In this document: one piece after another, positions 41,728 through 54,600 of the stretch
Layout of the letters: the number at the start of each line of letters is the position of its first letter
Numbering within the stretch: position 1 is the stretch's first letter
Assembly: GCA_900317715.1 (NCBI GenBank)
Contig: ONHS01000001.1
Coordinates: 18,316 to 82,315 of the forward strand
From: an uncultured Bacteroidales bacterium
GTDB taxonomy: Bacteria > Bacteroidota > Bacteroidia > Bacteroidales > WCHB1-69
Reading direction: 5' to 3'
DNA: 64,000 bases
Made by a program: the position numbers and the translations under genes
The notes under the pieces: model-generated
Told to the model about the DNA's origin: nothing
Database searches by the model: none
What the model saw: the letters and a program-made list of their open reading frames with translations, nothing else

Positions 41728-44700
41728 ATGAAAAAGTCTTGTATAATAGGATGTTTGGTTTTAATGGCCGCACTGTCTATGCAGACAGGAAAGTTGGAGG
41801 CGCAATCCCCTTGTCCTCCGGTAAGTGGCATCACATTGTTGTCAGTGACGGAGCACACGGCCGAAATCACGTGGACAGCCGGTGGGAGTGAAAATTACTG
41901 GTTTTATTGCTTTACCACAGATTTCACAACACCCGCCCCGGCACCAGCTAACGAGGGTTGGATGCATACGGACAATCCTCTTCTGTTGGACTCTCTTGCT
42001 GATGGTCGTTGTTACAGACTTTGGATCAGGGCCGGATGCGGTGCGGGAAATGTCAGTTCTGCCCAACCCTTTGAGTTTTGGACGGAGTGCCAAGAGATAA
42101 CCTTGCCTTACACAGAGGATTTTGACCATCCAGACAGCATATTCTACCTCGGTTTCCAAAATTCAGGGCCGCTGCCACACTGCTGGCAGAAACTGAGCCC
42201 TTACCTCAATTCGGGTCCCTATTGTACCGGCGACAGCTGTCTCACGTTTTACAGCACCAACAACGAGTACAAGGTAGCCATTCTACCGCGCCTTTCCAAC
42301 GACCTGCTGATTTCCCACCTCAAGATGAGCTTTGATTGCAAGAAGTTGCAATATTACTATCCATCCTCTTTGATAGTAGGTGTGATGGACAACCCCACCG
42401 ATCTTTCTTCGTTCACGCCTGTGGATACGGTTTACACTCCTGATGTCAACTATTGGGATTGGCATCACAGGGAGGTTTTTTTCGAAAACTACACGGGAAC
42501 GGGACATTATATTGCTTTGAAATGTCAGTATTCCTCACCAAATTATTTCAAGGTGGACAACTTGACGATTGACACTGCGTTCACCTGCCATACACCTACA
42601 AATCTGATGGCTACGGGTATTTCACCCTCATCCATGTATGTGACTTGGGAGGGTGAGGCCGGTGAGAATGAGTGGCAGGTGGCGATTGTGCCCGATTATT
42701 CTACACTTCCCGATAGCAGCAGTGTCGTCACCGTGCATGAGAAGCATCATCTCTTCACAAACCTCACAGACAGCAATTATGTGTTTTTTGTGCGCACCCA
42801 CTGTTCCAACGGCTGGGGTTACAGCGATTGGGTCTCCATACCCGTGACCTCTTTTGCTTATCAGCCCGCCACGGTTCCCTATTCCCATAATTTCGAAGCT
42901 GGGAGCGAGAATGCCGCGTGGCGAATGGAGACCGGAAATCCCGTGAGTCGGTGGCAAATCGGCATTCCTAACGGTTACAGCGACTCATTGCTCTTTATTA
43001 CCAACAACGGTGCGGATGCCACCTACGGCAGCACGATAGCCGAGGCTTGGGCGTACCGGGACTTCCAGCTAAGCGGTGCCACCGAGTACGAGGTCAGGTT
43101 CAGATGGCTGTGTAACGGGCATCCCTCCTACGCTTATTTGCAGGCAATGATCGGGAAGCCCGCTCCGATATTGGTTTCCACAAACTATTTCGATGATGTT
43201 TATCCCGAGGGTTCTGTTCTGATAGGTAAATATGCACGACAGAATGATTGGAAGACAACCCGTTACGTGTTAGGAAGCGAGAATGACAATACGGTGCAAC
43301 GTCTTTACTTCCGATGGCGTAATGTGTATAATTCCGTGTATCCGCCCGGTGCGATTATCGACCACGTGGAAATCATCCCTTACCATTGCGTCCGACCGAC
43401 TGACCTTACGTTGGATTTTGTGGACGATCACAATGCCATCATCTCCTTTTCCCCTGCATTGAATGATATAACCACTTGGGAGTATGTTGTTTTGGAAGGC
43501 GACAGTTTCCCGAATGATTCCCTCCCCGTCCTCACCACTTCAAACACGTCTGTTTTTCTCTCCGGGCTGTCAGAAAAAACCTCCTACACGCTCTATATTC
43601 GCGGTGTCTGCAGCAACGGTTATCACTCCTCGTGGGCTGAGTTCAAGTTCAGGACAGAATGCTCCCCCCTTGTGCTGCCATACGTGGAGACATTCGACGT
43701 GGCAGGTGGCAGCAAGTTTGACTGTTGGTCGTTCCCCGCTCCCGAGACAGGCATACAACATCCATCCATCTATACACCAACTCATGATTGGGAGGTGGAC
43801 ACCAATCCTGTTCTCCGTTTTGCGGGTATCTACTCCACAGAAGCTTTGGCCATACTTCCCGAAGTGCCTTCCGATTATTCGCTCAACAGCCTGCGACTAT
43901 CATTTTTAATGCGCTCGAATACTGACAGCATCCACTTGATTGTGGGAGTGATGTCTGACCCAGATGATTTCTCGACTTTTATCCCAGTGGACAGTGTTCA
44001 AATAGTCGAGCCATTTTATATTGACCGTAAGGAGATTTTCTTTGACCATTACCAGGGCTCGGGAACGTACATTGCCATTCTCTCCGATTATGTAGGAGAC
44101 AACACTTGCCACCTCGATGTTGACGATCTGGTATTGGAAATCGCGCCCTCATGTCTTGCTCCGTCTGGATTAAAGGCAATCAACATGGGCCAAAACTCGG
44201 TAACGCTCTTGTGGACGCCTGCCAATGGCGAACAAGCTTGGGAAATCGCATACGGCACGAACAATTTCGATCCAGATTCAACGGAAAACATCTGTGTGGT
44301 CAATACGAGCCCATTCACGCTGACAGGGCTTTCTGACGGGACTTTCTACGGCTTCTACGTGCGTGCCGTGTGCTCGCCAGGGGAATACAGCGAATGGAGC
44401 CCGCTCGGCTACGCTTTCACTCGTTGTGCCCCGGTTTCAGTGCTTGGTCAGCCGTACCAGGAATCTTTCGACAGCTATACAACAGGGATTTCCACATCGC
44501 TTTACACGCCTATAGAATACCCCTATATCTCGTACCCGGACTGCTGGTCGTTCTTGAATCTCCATGCCCTTGTCGGATATCCTGACTGGACTCTTCCCGC
44601 GGCGTTTTTGTCCAACAAAAGCACTTTAATTGTTTGGGGCAACAGTCTGCACCTCGTAAACAGCAAGGTCACACCCTTGTATGCGGTTCTTCCGGAATTT

Positions 44701-45534
44701 GTGGAGCATCTCCGTTTTTTGAAGCTGACCTTCTCCTACAAATACTCACCCCAGAGACCTCATCTTTCAGTAGGATATATGACCGATTCCTCTGACGGAA
44801 GCACCTATCATGAGGTGCAATTATGTCAGACGTCAAACACAAACAATTTTACGACCCTGACCATCGACTACAGTACACTCGGCCTTGATCCAGACAGTAA
44901 CTATTACATTGCGTTCCGGGCGTATGACTCCGTTTCTGGGTGGTTGAATGTTGCCCTCGAGAATGTGAAGGTGGAGCTTATCCCGAATGCTTTTCCAGCA
45001 CCCACGCAGTTGAATGTCAGTGATATCACCACGCACTCGGCTGTGCTGGATTGGACCAATGGGAATGACGAAGACCATTGGGTGGTACAGTATAGAGTTG
45101 CCAATAGATCCGGATGGACGGACAGCATGGAAGTTCTTGAGCATCCCATCCTCCTCGACAGTCTGGCAGCCAACACGGAATACGAGGTTCGGGTAAAGTC
45201 GGTTTATGGGAAGAACAACAATACCATGTGCAGTGCCTACACCACCACGGCGTTCACCACCCTCGACGACACTTGGGTGCCCGAATACGGTGGTTTTGAC
45301 CAGCACGTCACCATCCGACCCAATCCTGCCAAACAATATATCGACGTGATTTTGGAGGAGGAATCAGGGCCTTGCCAGATCGAGTTGTACGACAGCCAAA
45401 GCCGGAAGGTCAGAGAGATGTCTATGGCGGGAAAGAGTGTGAGAATCCCTCTCGGGCATCTTGCCTCAGGCGTTTATTTCATCCAAATCAAGGGCGATGA
45501 TCTAAAGGTCACCAAGAAATTCATCAAAAAATAG
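41728..45534 (+). CDS. T9SS-secreted FN3-repeat surface protein, 1268 aa (paralog of neighbours)
   Basis: Signal peptide, alternating FN3-like units and LPY(T/V)E(D/T)FD...CW modules, and a C-terminal RPNPAKQYI...GVYFIQIKG...KKFIKK. Lies only 29 nt after the previous gene. Confidence 0.8.
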   Translation: MKKSCIIGCLVLMAALSMQTGKLEAQSPCPPVSGITLLSVTEHTAEITWTAGGSENYWFYCFTTDFTTPAPAPANEGWMHTDNPLLLDSLADGRCYRLWIRAGCGAGNVSSAQPFEFWTECQEITLPYTEDFDHPDSIFYLGFQNSGPLPHCWQKLSPYLNSGPYCTGDSCLTFYSTNNEYKVAILPRLSNDLLISHLKMSFDCKKLQYYYPSSLIVGVMDNPTDLSSFTPVDTVYTPDVNYWDWHHREVFFENYTGTGHYIALKCQYSSPNYFKVDNLTIDTAFTCHTPTNLMATGISPSSMYVTWEGEAGENEWQVAIVPDYSTLPDSSSVVTVHEKHHLFTNLTDSNYVFFVRTHCSNGWGYSDWVSIPVTSFAYQPATVPYSHNFEAGSENAAWRMETGNPVSRWQIGIPNGYSDSLLFITNNGADATYGSTIAEAWAYRDFQLSGATEYEVRFRWLCNGHPSYAYLQAMIGKPAPILVSTNYFDDVYPEGSVLIGKYARQNDWKTTRYVLGSENDNTVQRLYFRWRNVYNSVYPPGAIIDHVEIIPYHCVRPTDLTLDFVDDHNAIISFSPALNDITTWEYVVLEGDSFPNDSLPVLTTSNTSVFLSGLSEKTSYTLYIRGVCSNGYHSSWAEFKFRTECSPLVLPYVETFDVAGGSKFDCWSFPAPETGIQHPSIYTPTHDWEVDTNPVLRFAGIYSTEALAILPEVPSDYSLNSLRLSFLMRSNTDSIHLIVGVMSDPDDFSTFIPVDSVQIVEPFYIDRKEIFFDHYQGSGTYIAILSDYVGDNTCHLDVDDLVLEIAPSCLAPSGLKAINMGQNSVTLLWTPANGEQAWEIAYGTNNFDPDSTENICVVNTSPFTLTGLSDGTFYGFYVRAVCSPGEYSEWSPLGYAFTRCAPVSVLGQPYQESFDSYTTGISTSLYTPIEYPYISYPDCWSFLNLHALVGYPDWTLPAAFLSNKSTLIVWGNSLHLVNSKVTPLYAVLPEFVEHLRFLKLTFSYKYSPQRPHLSVGYMTDSSDGSTYHEVQLCQTSNTNNFTTLTIDYSTLGLDPDSNYYIAFRAYDSVSGWLNVALENVKVELIPNAFPAPTQLNVSDITTHSAVLDWTNGNDEDHWVVQYRVANRSGWTDSMEVLEHPILLDSLAANTEYEVRVKSVYGKNNNTMCSAYTTTAFTTLDDTWVPEYGGFDQHVTIRPNPAKQYIDVILEEESGPCQIELYDSQSRKVREMSMAGKSVRIPLGHLASGVYFIQIKGDDLKVTKKFIKK

Positions 45535-45542
45535 TATTTTTG
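45535..45542 (+). promoter_or_regulatory. -7 box TATTTTTG upstream of the 3714-aa gene
   Basis: Matches TAnnTTTG immediately after the upstream stop codon and 87 nt before ATG 45629. STR block R12 lies between the box and the ATG. Confidence 0.5.
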
Positions 45543-45552
45543 CACCCAAAAC

Positions 45553-45617
45553 CTTGAAACTTGAACTTTGAATCTTGAAACTTGAATCTTGAATCTTGAA
45601 ACCTTAAAACCTTAAAA
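45553..45617 (+). repeat. heptamer STR block R12 (B: cttgaaa/ctttgaa/tcttgaa x7; then ccttaaaa x2)
   Basis: ccttgaaacttgaactttgaatcttgaaacttgaatcttgaatcttgaaaccttaaaaccttaaaaa. Confidence 0.9.
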
Positions 45618-45628
45618 ATCATATTATT

Positions 45629-48600
45629 ATGAAAAACCTCATCTCCTTATTCGTGATTTTAGCGACGCTGGTGGCAGGGCTGAACGCACAGACCCTCACG
45701 GTGGCCAATGATCCGAATGGTGTTGCTATGCAGGATCGATACATCCCTGTATATGGTTATTACATGGATGCGGCACAACGGTCCCAAACCATTTACCCCA
45801 ATACCATGTTGACAGCGATGACGGGGAAATACATCACCGAACTCACCTATTATTTCGCCACCGCGCCTAACGGGACTTGGGGCGGTACCCAGACGGTAAA
45901 GATCGGGGTGACGACGGCCTCGGATTTGGAGAATGGGTTTGTCGCATCGCCTGCCACGCTGGTATGGACCGGCACGCTGTCGGCCAACATCTCCAACAAC
46001 CAGATGCACATCGTGTTGGACCAGCCATTCCTGTATAGTGGAGGCAATCTGCTGATTGAGATTGAAAATCCGACGGCGGCTACCTGGAAAGATTCCTATT
46101 TTGCCGGTCAGAGCCAGTCTGATCAGCTGTCGTATATGACTTGGTCGAACTATGGTACACCCCAGACCCATGCGGCGAACTTTCTGCCAAGACTGACGTT
46201 TGCGTATTCCTCCACCCCGGGATGTGCCACGCCTAACAACTTAGTTTCCTCAGTCAATGGCGATTTCGCCCTGCTGACCTGGTCTCCATCTCCATACAGC
46301 ACTGTCTCAAGTTACACCGTGGGATACAAGTCTTCATTAGACACTGCCTACACGGATGTGACGACAACGGACACCTTCCTCACCATCAGCAACTTGATAC
46401 CTAACACAGACATCCAATGGCGGGTTCGCGCCAACTGCGGCGATTCCGAACAGAGTTCTTGGAGAGCGGCCTCTCTGCACGTGCCGCAAGTCATAGGTAA
46501 TCTACCCTATCATTGCGACTTCGAGGATTTGGTCGAAAACCAGCAGTGGATGCTGCAAAACGGAAGCTACCCGAACAAATGGTGCATCGGGGAAGCCACA
46601 CACAGCAGCGGCAGCCATGCCTTGTACATCTCCAACAACGATGGCGCCAGCAACCAGTACTCCACCGGCAACTCAAGTTCCACTTCGACGGTTTGGGCTT
46701 ATCGGGACATTTATTTCGACACCACCTACAATGAATACGACATTTCGTTGGATGTCAAAGGGATGGGACATATAGATGCCGGCTTTATGCGTATGTATCT
46801 CGGTTCTCCGGCAACCCCTTCGGGAATGTCGGTTCCCGGCAACGCCATCCAAATGAGGACATTTTATTTTATAGAGAACTGGCAGCATTTCCATTTCGTT
46901 GTAGATAGCACACACCGGGGCTTGCAACGAATCTATTTTGTGTGGAACAACGGCTCTACCTTTGGTGTCAACCCTCCTGCCGCCATCGACAATCTTACAG
47001 TGACCGGTGTCAACATTCCAGCCCCTACAGGATTGACCGCCACAGACATCACCACCTCGTCCGCGACGCTTTCCTGGAATGGCGGTGCCTCGTCTTCCTA
47101 CACCCTCTCCTACCGTATTGCCTCTGACACCGCCAGCACAGAAGTGACACTCAGCGACACCTTTTTCGTGGCCACGGGATTGGATGTGTCACAGACCTAT
47201 TTGTGGAAGGTCAAGGTGAACACAGGTACAGGAAGTGCATGGAGCGGCGAAAGCAGTTTCAAAACCCTGGCAAATATAGCGCAAGTGCCCTACCAGTGCG
47301 ATTTTGAGGACAATTTGGAGAACCAGCAATGGCAGCTCGTTAACGGCAACTACCCCAACCGCTGGTTCATTGGAAGTGCCGTGAACCATGGCGGCGAAAA
47401 AGCGCTGTTCGTCTCCGACAACAATGGGGTGTCATACAGTTACAACACCAATGTTTCCTACATTTGGGCATACCGCGACATTGACTTTGACACCATTTAC
47501 GCCGGCCACCGTCTCTCCTTCGACTGTAAAAACCACACCTTCTACAGCAGCAGTTACCATGGCACTTTCCGAGTGTATATTGGCGACCCTGTTGATCCGA
47601 ACGGCGGATATATTCCGGCTGGAGCTGTGCAGTTAGGCAGTGACATTTACAACCAGAACAACTGGACACGACCCACTTTCCTGTTAGATTCCACCTACAG
47701 AGGAGTGAAACGCCTCTATTTCTATTGGCACACGCCCGGCTCCTATTCCCGTGTGAACCCACCTGCCGCAGTAGATAATGTCACCATCGAGAGCTTCACC
47801 TGCGCGACACCCGAGGGGCTTGCCACCCAACCCGACAGCACCTCCGCTGTCCTCACCTGGAACGCGCCTGTTTTCGGCACAGCTTCCTCTTATACGCTGG
47901 CTTACAAGACATTGTCTGACCTTGAATACACGGAAGTGACGGTAACCGACACTTTCTATCTTCTAACAGAATTGACGGCCTCCACCGAATACGAATGGAA
48001 GGTTCGCGCCCACTGTTCTGCAAACGATGAGAGTGACTGGAGCGAGTCGGTTTCGTTCATCACCGCGCCCTTGTTAGCGCAGCTGCCCTACTTCTGTGGG
48101 TTCGAAGATGCGTTGGAGAACCAGCAGTGGCGTTTCGTGAGACTGGCGGACGAGGGCTGGTTCATCGGGACCGCCACAGCCCACACGGGAGAACATTCGC
48201 TGTATAATTCCAACGACGGAGGGGTAAGCTATGCGGTGAACCAAGCGGACTACGGATCCAATGTACACGAGTTTTGGGCCTACCGCGACGTTAACTTCAC
48301 TCCCGGGTATGCCGACTACCAGATTTCTTTCGACTACAAAGGCATAGAAAACGCGTGGAGCAATTTGGTGCTGTTTATTGGCAACACTGGGGTAAGTGAG
48401 CCAGCCACATACACTTACACACCGGCAGGGACCCTTTTCTCCCAATATTTATCCGCCCAAGACACCGCTTGGCATCACTTCTCCCTTACGATTGACTCGA
48501 CTTATCAGGGAGTGAAGCGGATCTACTTTCATTTCAGCAACTCGTACGACCCGTGCGAAGCGCCTGCCGCCATTGACAACCTCACCATTACGGGAAACGC

Positions 48601-51600
48601 CTGTCAGAGCGTCCGCAACTTGCAGATTCTCAGCGTTTCCGACACCTTTGCGATACTCGCTTGGAATCCTGTTGAGGCCGAGAATTACACAGTGGCTTAT
48701 AAAACCGCTGACGAAACAGGGTTTACGGAAGTGCAAACCAGCGACACGACCCTTCAGCTCAATGGTCTGCTCCCGTCCACATCCTACGAATGGAAGGTGC
48801 GGGCGCATTGTTCGGATTCAACGGAGAGTTACTGGAGCGAACCGCTTACCTTCACCACGATACAGCTGCTTTCACATCTGCCTTACTTCTGCGATTTTGA
48901 AAACGCTGACGAAAACGCCCATTGGGAAACAACCGTTATCAACGGCAACAACCAGTGGTTCATCGGCAACGCTGCCAACAACGGCGGAACATCGTCCATC
49001 TACATCTCGCAGGATAATGGTCTTACCAACACCTTTGACGTCAGCAGCACCTCTCAGGCAGGCGCATACCGCGACATCTACTTCGACCCCGAATACAAGG
49101 AATACCTCCTTTCCTTTGACGTGCGTTGCCAAGGCGGAGCATTGTCCATGGCAGCGGTTCTAATCGGGAGTTCCAGTAACTTCGACTATGACGCGGTACA
49201 GCTTGGCGGCGAGATATACGGACTGCCCGAATGGACACACTACGAAGTTATCCTTGACTCCACCTTTGCCGGCAACCGCCGCCTCTACCTGAACTGGAAC
49301 AATATCTATTGGAGCTCCTTCAATCCGGGGGAGAATCCGCCTGCCGCTTTCGACAACATCTCCATCTCGGGTGTAAGTTGCAGTAAACCTGTTGATTTAG
49401 CCATGTCTGACATTGACCTGCACACCGCCACGGTTTCCTGGTCGAGCGGAAATGCGGGGACAGCCGCCTCTTACACCGTGTCTTACCGCAAAAACACAGA
49501 CACCGCATACGCCGAGGTGACCGTTTCCGACACCGCCCTGCAAATCACAGAGCTCCAATCCGGCAGCCAATATTTCTGGAAAGTGCGCGCAAACTGTCAA
49601 GAGGGGGAGACGAGCGACTGGAGCGCGGAAAAAGAGTTCTACACTTTTGCGGAACTGCCCTATTCCTGTGGATTTGAGACTGCGGAAGAAAGTGATTTGT
49701 GGGTGTCGCATTACCAAGCCACGTATGATAACGTAGCTGTTTATGAGAACCGCTGGTCAGTGGGTGAAGCGACTCACAGCACGGGAACTTCCGCCATGTA
49801 TATTTCCAGCGATAACGGATTGTCCAACACCTATTCCTTTGATTACGGCTGTACAGCATGGACGACGTTAAGTCTGTATCTTGATCCCGCCTACCCCGAA
49901 TACCAGATTTCGTTTGACTTCAAAGGTGTCGGCGAGCAGGGACAAGACTACATGCGGGTCTATTGCGGCGACCCGACCTACACTTCCGACCAATCTTCTT
50001 TCCCCAATAATGTGGAACAGATAGGAGGGGACTTCAACCTCACGGAAGATTGGACGACCTTCACTTTCACGCTCGACTCCACGCACGCTGGTTATAAACA
50101 GCTGTATTTTAGCTGGACAAACAATTATTACGATGGGGTGAATCCGCCCGCCGCCGTTGATAACATCATCATCATCGGCAATTCATGCGGCATCCCGACC
50201 AATATGACCCAACAGATTGCGGATTCAACGGCCATGCTGAAATGGTCAGCCAATATCGGTGAGCCCGAATCCTACATTTTGGCTTACAAGAAAACTTCTG
50301 ACAGTGTGTTCACAGAAATCAACACCACAGACACTTCCCTCCTGCTCACCTCGCTCCTCCCGCTGACCGACTATGTCTGGAAAGTGCGGGCCGTATGCGA
50401 TGACGACTCACAAAGCTTCTGGAGCAACACATTAGGTTTCACCACCACGCAGCCACTGAAACACCTGCCGTATCTCTGTTCCTTCGATGATGCGGAAGAG
50501 AACGGACAATGGACGATGGTGAATGGAGATGCTGAGAACCAGTGGGTCATCGGCAATGCCACCGGCTACGGCGACAACAGCGCCCTCTACATCTCCAACG
50601 ACGACGGCACGACCAACGCCTACGAGGTTTACTCCGCCGCCACGGTTTGGGCTTACCGCGATGTCTATTTTGACGAGAATTTCCAAGCATACCAGCTGTC
50701 CTTCGACTATAAGAGCATGGGACAGAACACTGCTGACTACATGCAGGTGTTCGTGGGCACTCCCGCCGCTCCTTCCGGCACGGCTATTCCGAGCGGAGCG
50801 GTACAACTCGGCGGACAGTTCTCCTACATCAACAATTGGGCTCACTATTCCTTCCTTGTGGATTCCACACACGTCGGGGCGCAGCGCATCTATTTCCTGT
50901 GGGTCAACAACAACTCCACAGGAGTGCAGCCGCCCGCCGCAGTCGATAATCTCTCCATCCTCGGACTGACTTGTGTCACCCCTTCAGAGCCGGTGGTAAC
51001 GGACATGACGGACAACACCGTGACACTCAGCTGGTTACCGAATCCGATCGGCACTGCCGCTTCCTACACGGTGAGCGTGCGTCAGGCGGAGAGCACCACA
51101 ACCTCCGAATATACTACCACTGACACGTTCTTGACCATTAGCGGACTCACTCCTTCTACCGCCTACTTCTGCAAAGTGCGCGCCAACTGCTCCACCAACG
51201 ACCATAGTGGATGGACCAGCGACTTCAGCGTCCAGATGCCAGCGGTTTTGCCCTACGTCTGTGACTTTGAAGATGCCAACGAGCGCAATGCCTGGCAGTT
51301 CGTGAATGGATCCTATACCAACCAATGGTACGTTGGCAACGCAGTCAGCTTGAGCGGGGACTATTCCTTGTATATATCTAACGATGGAGGAGTAACTTAC
51401 GCATACTCTTACCCTTATAACAGTTCCTACGTTTGGGCTTACCGGGACATCTATTTTGATCCGTCCGATTCCGTCTATACCCTTTCCTTTGACATGCGAG
51501 GGGTGGGAGGAACCAGCTACCAAATTTCTGCTTACACAAATGTTTACATCGGAAGTCCTGCCACACCTAACGGCACCACCACCCCCGCTGGAGCCACCGA

Positions 51601-54600
51601 ACTAGGAAACGGCCTTTGCGGGATGTCGGCGTGGACAACCAAAACCTACACGTTGAACCACTCCTACGCCGGTCTGCAACGACTCTATTTCCTGTGGCGC
51701 AACACCGGCTGGACAGTCTCCAATCCGCCAGCAGCTATCGACAACCTCACCATCGACGGTACCCCGTGTACCGATGTCCCTTACGAACTGACGGCGCAGG
51801 CGATGGACACGCTCGCCAATCTGTTGTGGTCTATGCACAACGGCAGTGCCGAATCCTACACTGTTGCCTACAAACTGCAATATGACACCGCCTTCACCTA
51901 CATCACCGTACAGGACGAACATCTCACCATTGGCAACCTCACCCCGCTGACCACCTACGTTTGGAAAGTGCGGGCCAACTGCACCGCCACCGACCACAGC
52001 CAATGGTCTGCGGAATCCACCTTCCAGACCCCGGCGATTACCGCTCGTCTGCCATACGTATGTGATTTCGAAGATGCGGATGAGAACAGCCGATGGACGT
52101 TCGTGAACGGGAGTTACGCCAACAAATGGCATATCGGAAACGCTGTGAACAACGGAGGCACCTCATCGTTGTATGTTTCCAATGACAATGGTGCCACCAA
52201 CACCTACACAACCAACTATTCGATGATTTGGGCTTACCGCGATGTCTATCTGGATCCCAGCTATACAGATTACGTGATTTCATTCGACTGCAGAGCTTTC
52301 GGCGAGCTGTATAACAACAATCCTGTTGACTACGCGAAGGTATTCTTAGGACCTCCCACGACACCAACTGTCACACCCGTCAGCTCAAATATTATTGTCC
52401 CTGACGGTGCAACCCAGATGGGCGATGTCATCTATTTGGATTCCACCTGGCACAATGTCACCATCAATTTAGACACCGCCTTCTCCGGTCTGCAGCGCAT
52501 CTACATCCTGTGGCGCAGCGATGTGTCATGGGGTACCAACCCGCCAGCGGCTTTCGACAACATCTCTATCACACCGGAGGGTTGCGGCATTCCACGCCAT
52601 CTGACCGCCAACCAAGTGTCGGAGAACGATGCAGTGCTGTCGTGGACTGCGGTTTACCAAGCCGACTCCTACACGGTGGCTTACCGCAGACAATCCGACA
52701 GCACCTACAGCTACGTAACAACCACCGATAACCATATTTTGCTGACCAACTTGTTGCCCAAGACCAACTATTTGGCGAAAGTCAAAACCAATTGTGACTC
52801 TTCACAGGGCGCATGGAGCGACGAGTTCCAGTTCAGTACGACTACTTTGCCCTATTTCTGCGGCTTTGAGGAAGCGGATGAGAACGCTTGTTGGATTTTG
52901 GATGACGGCATGAACAACCACAAGTGGTACATCGGCCATGCGGTGCACTATGAAGGTGATACAGCTCTGTACGTCTCCAATAACAACGGTGTTTCCAATA
53001 CCTTTTCTGATAATGTGAACGCCCAAACTTGGGCTTACCGCGACATCTACTTCGATCCGCAATATTCCGAATATCTGATGGAGTTCGACATCCGCTCATA
53101 CGGTTATCCTGGAGCGTCAGTAGACTATGTGAGAGTATTTCTCGGGCCGCCGGCAACTCCTTCTGGCAATTACACTCCAGCAAACGCAGAAGTCATCGGC
53201 GACTTCTATGGTATGACTAATTGGAACCATTCCCGTTTCGTAGTCAACGGTTCGCATGCGGGCATGCAACGTCTGTATTTCCTTTGGACACAGCAGATTG
53301 TCGGGACAAACAACAACCTTCCGGGTGCTGTTGACAACATCTCCATCGTCGGTTCGCCGTGCAGCATCCCGACGGAGTTGACCGTTTCCGACCTTGCAGA
53401 CAACACGGCGGTGGTCTCTTGGAGCCCCGGCGCGTGCGGCATCACCAACGACTACACGGTCGGCTATCGGATGAGCAGTGACACGGGATGGTACGAACTT
53501 TCCACCATCGATACATTCCTCCTGCTGGTGAATTTGCAGTCCTCCACGCAATACACATGGCGGGTACGTAAGAGTTGCGTGCCGTCATACTCCAGCCAAT
53601 GGAGCGAAGAAAGCACCTTCTTCACGGAGGCCACCGAGGCGCAGCTGCCCTATTTCTGCGGCTTCGAAGAGAGTGACGAGAATCGTGACTGGCGTCTGTT
53701 GGGTGTGAGCGATAACCGCTGGTATATCGGGCAGGCTGCGCAACAAGCTGGTCAATACGCCCTCTATGTCTCCAACGACAGCGGTGCCACCAATGCCTAC
53801 AATGTTTACGGCTCTATGACTAATTCCTGGGCGTACCGCGACATCTATTTCACCCCTGGTTACTCAGAATACCAGATAGCTTTTGATTTCCGAGGGCTTG
53901 GACAGAGCGGTGATGACCGTACTCGTATCTTCCTCGGACCTCCGGTCCAGGTAGAGCCTAACGCGACCTATTCCATCACCATCCCTTCCGGATTGGAAGA
54001 ACTTGGCAATGGATTGAACTCGGATGCTACATGGACCAGCCATTCGTTCACGGTTGATTCCACGCACGCAGGGCACCAGCGCCTCTACTTCCTCTGGAGC
54101 AACGGCTTCTATGAAGGGACGAACCCGCCGGGTGCTGTCGATAACATCATGATTTACGGCGGAACCTGTGCGGCACCGCATAGTCTGACGGTGACCGCAA
54201 CCTCCACGACCAGCATCAGCATCCAATTCACCCCCGCCAACAACGGCGACCAGAATTGGGAGGCAGTCATCGTGGAAGACGGCCAACCTATAGATACTAC
54301 GCAGATTGTTGCGCTGACAAGTACCGCCTATACTTTCAATAACCTGCACAAAGACAGGCTTTACGTCATCTATGTGCGCACCAACTGCGGGAACAGCCAA
54401 AGTGCTTGGAGCTCCACTTCCCAGAGAACGGATTGCGGCACCATTACCGATATTCCTTATCAAGAATCCTTTGACACCTACGGCACTGGCTCCAACTTGG
54501 ACGGTTATTCAGCCTTCCCGAGATGCTGGAGCCGCCTCTACAGCTCGTACATTGTCGCGCCTTACCCGTTTATTTTCCAAAACGGATATTTCAGCGCACC

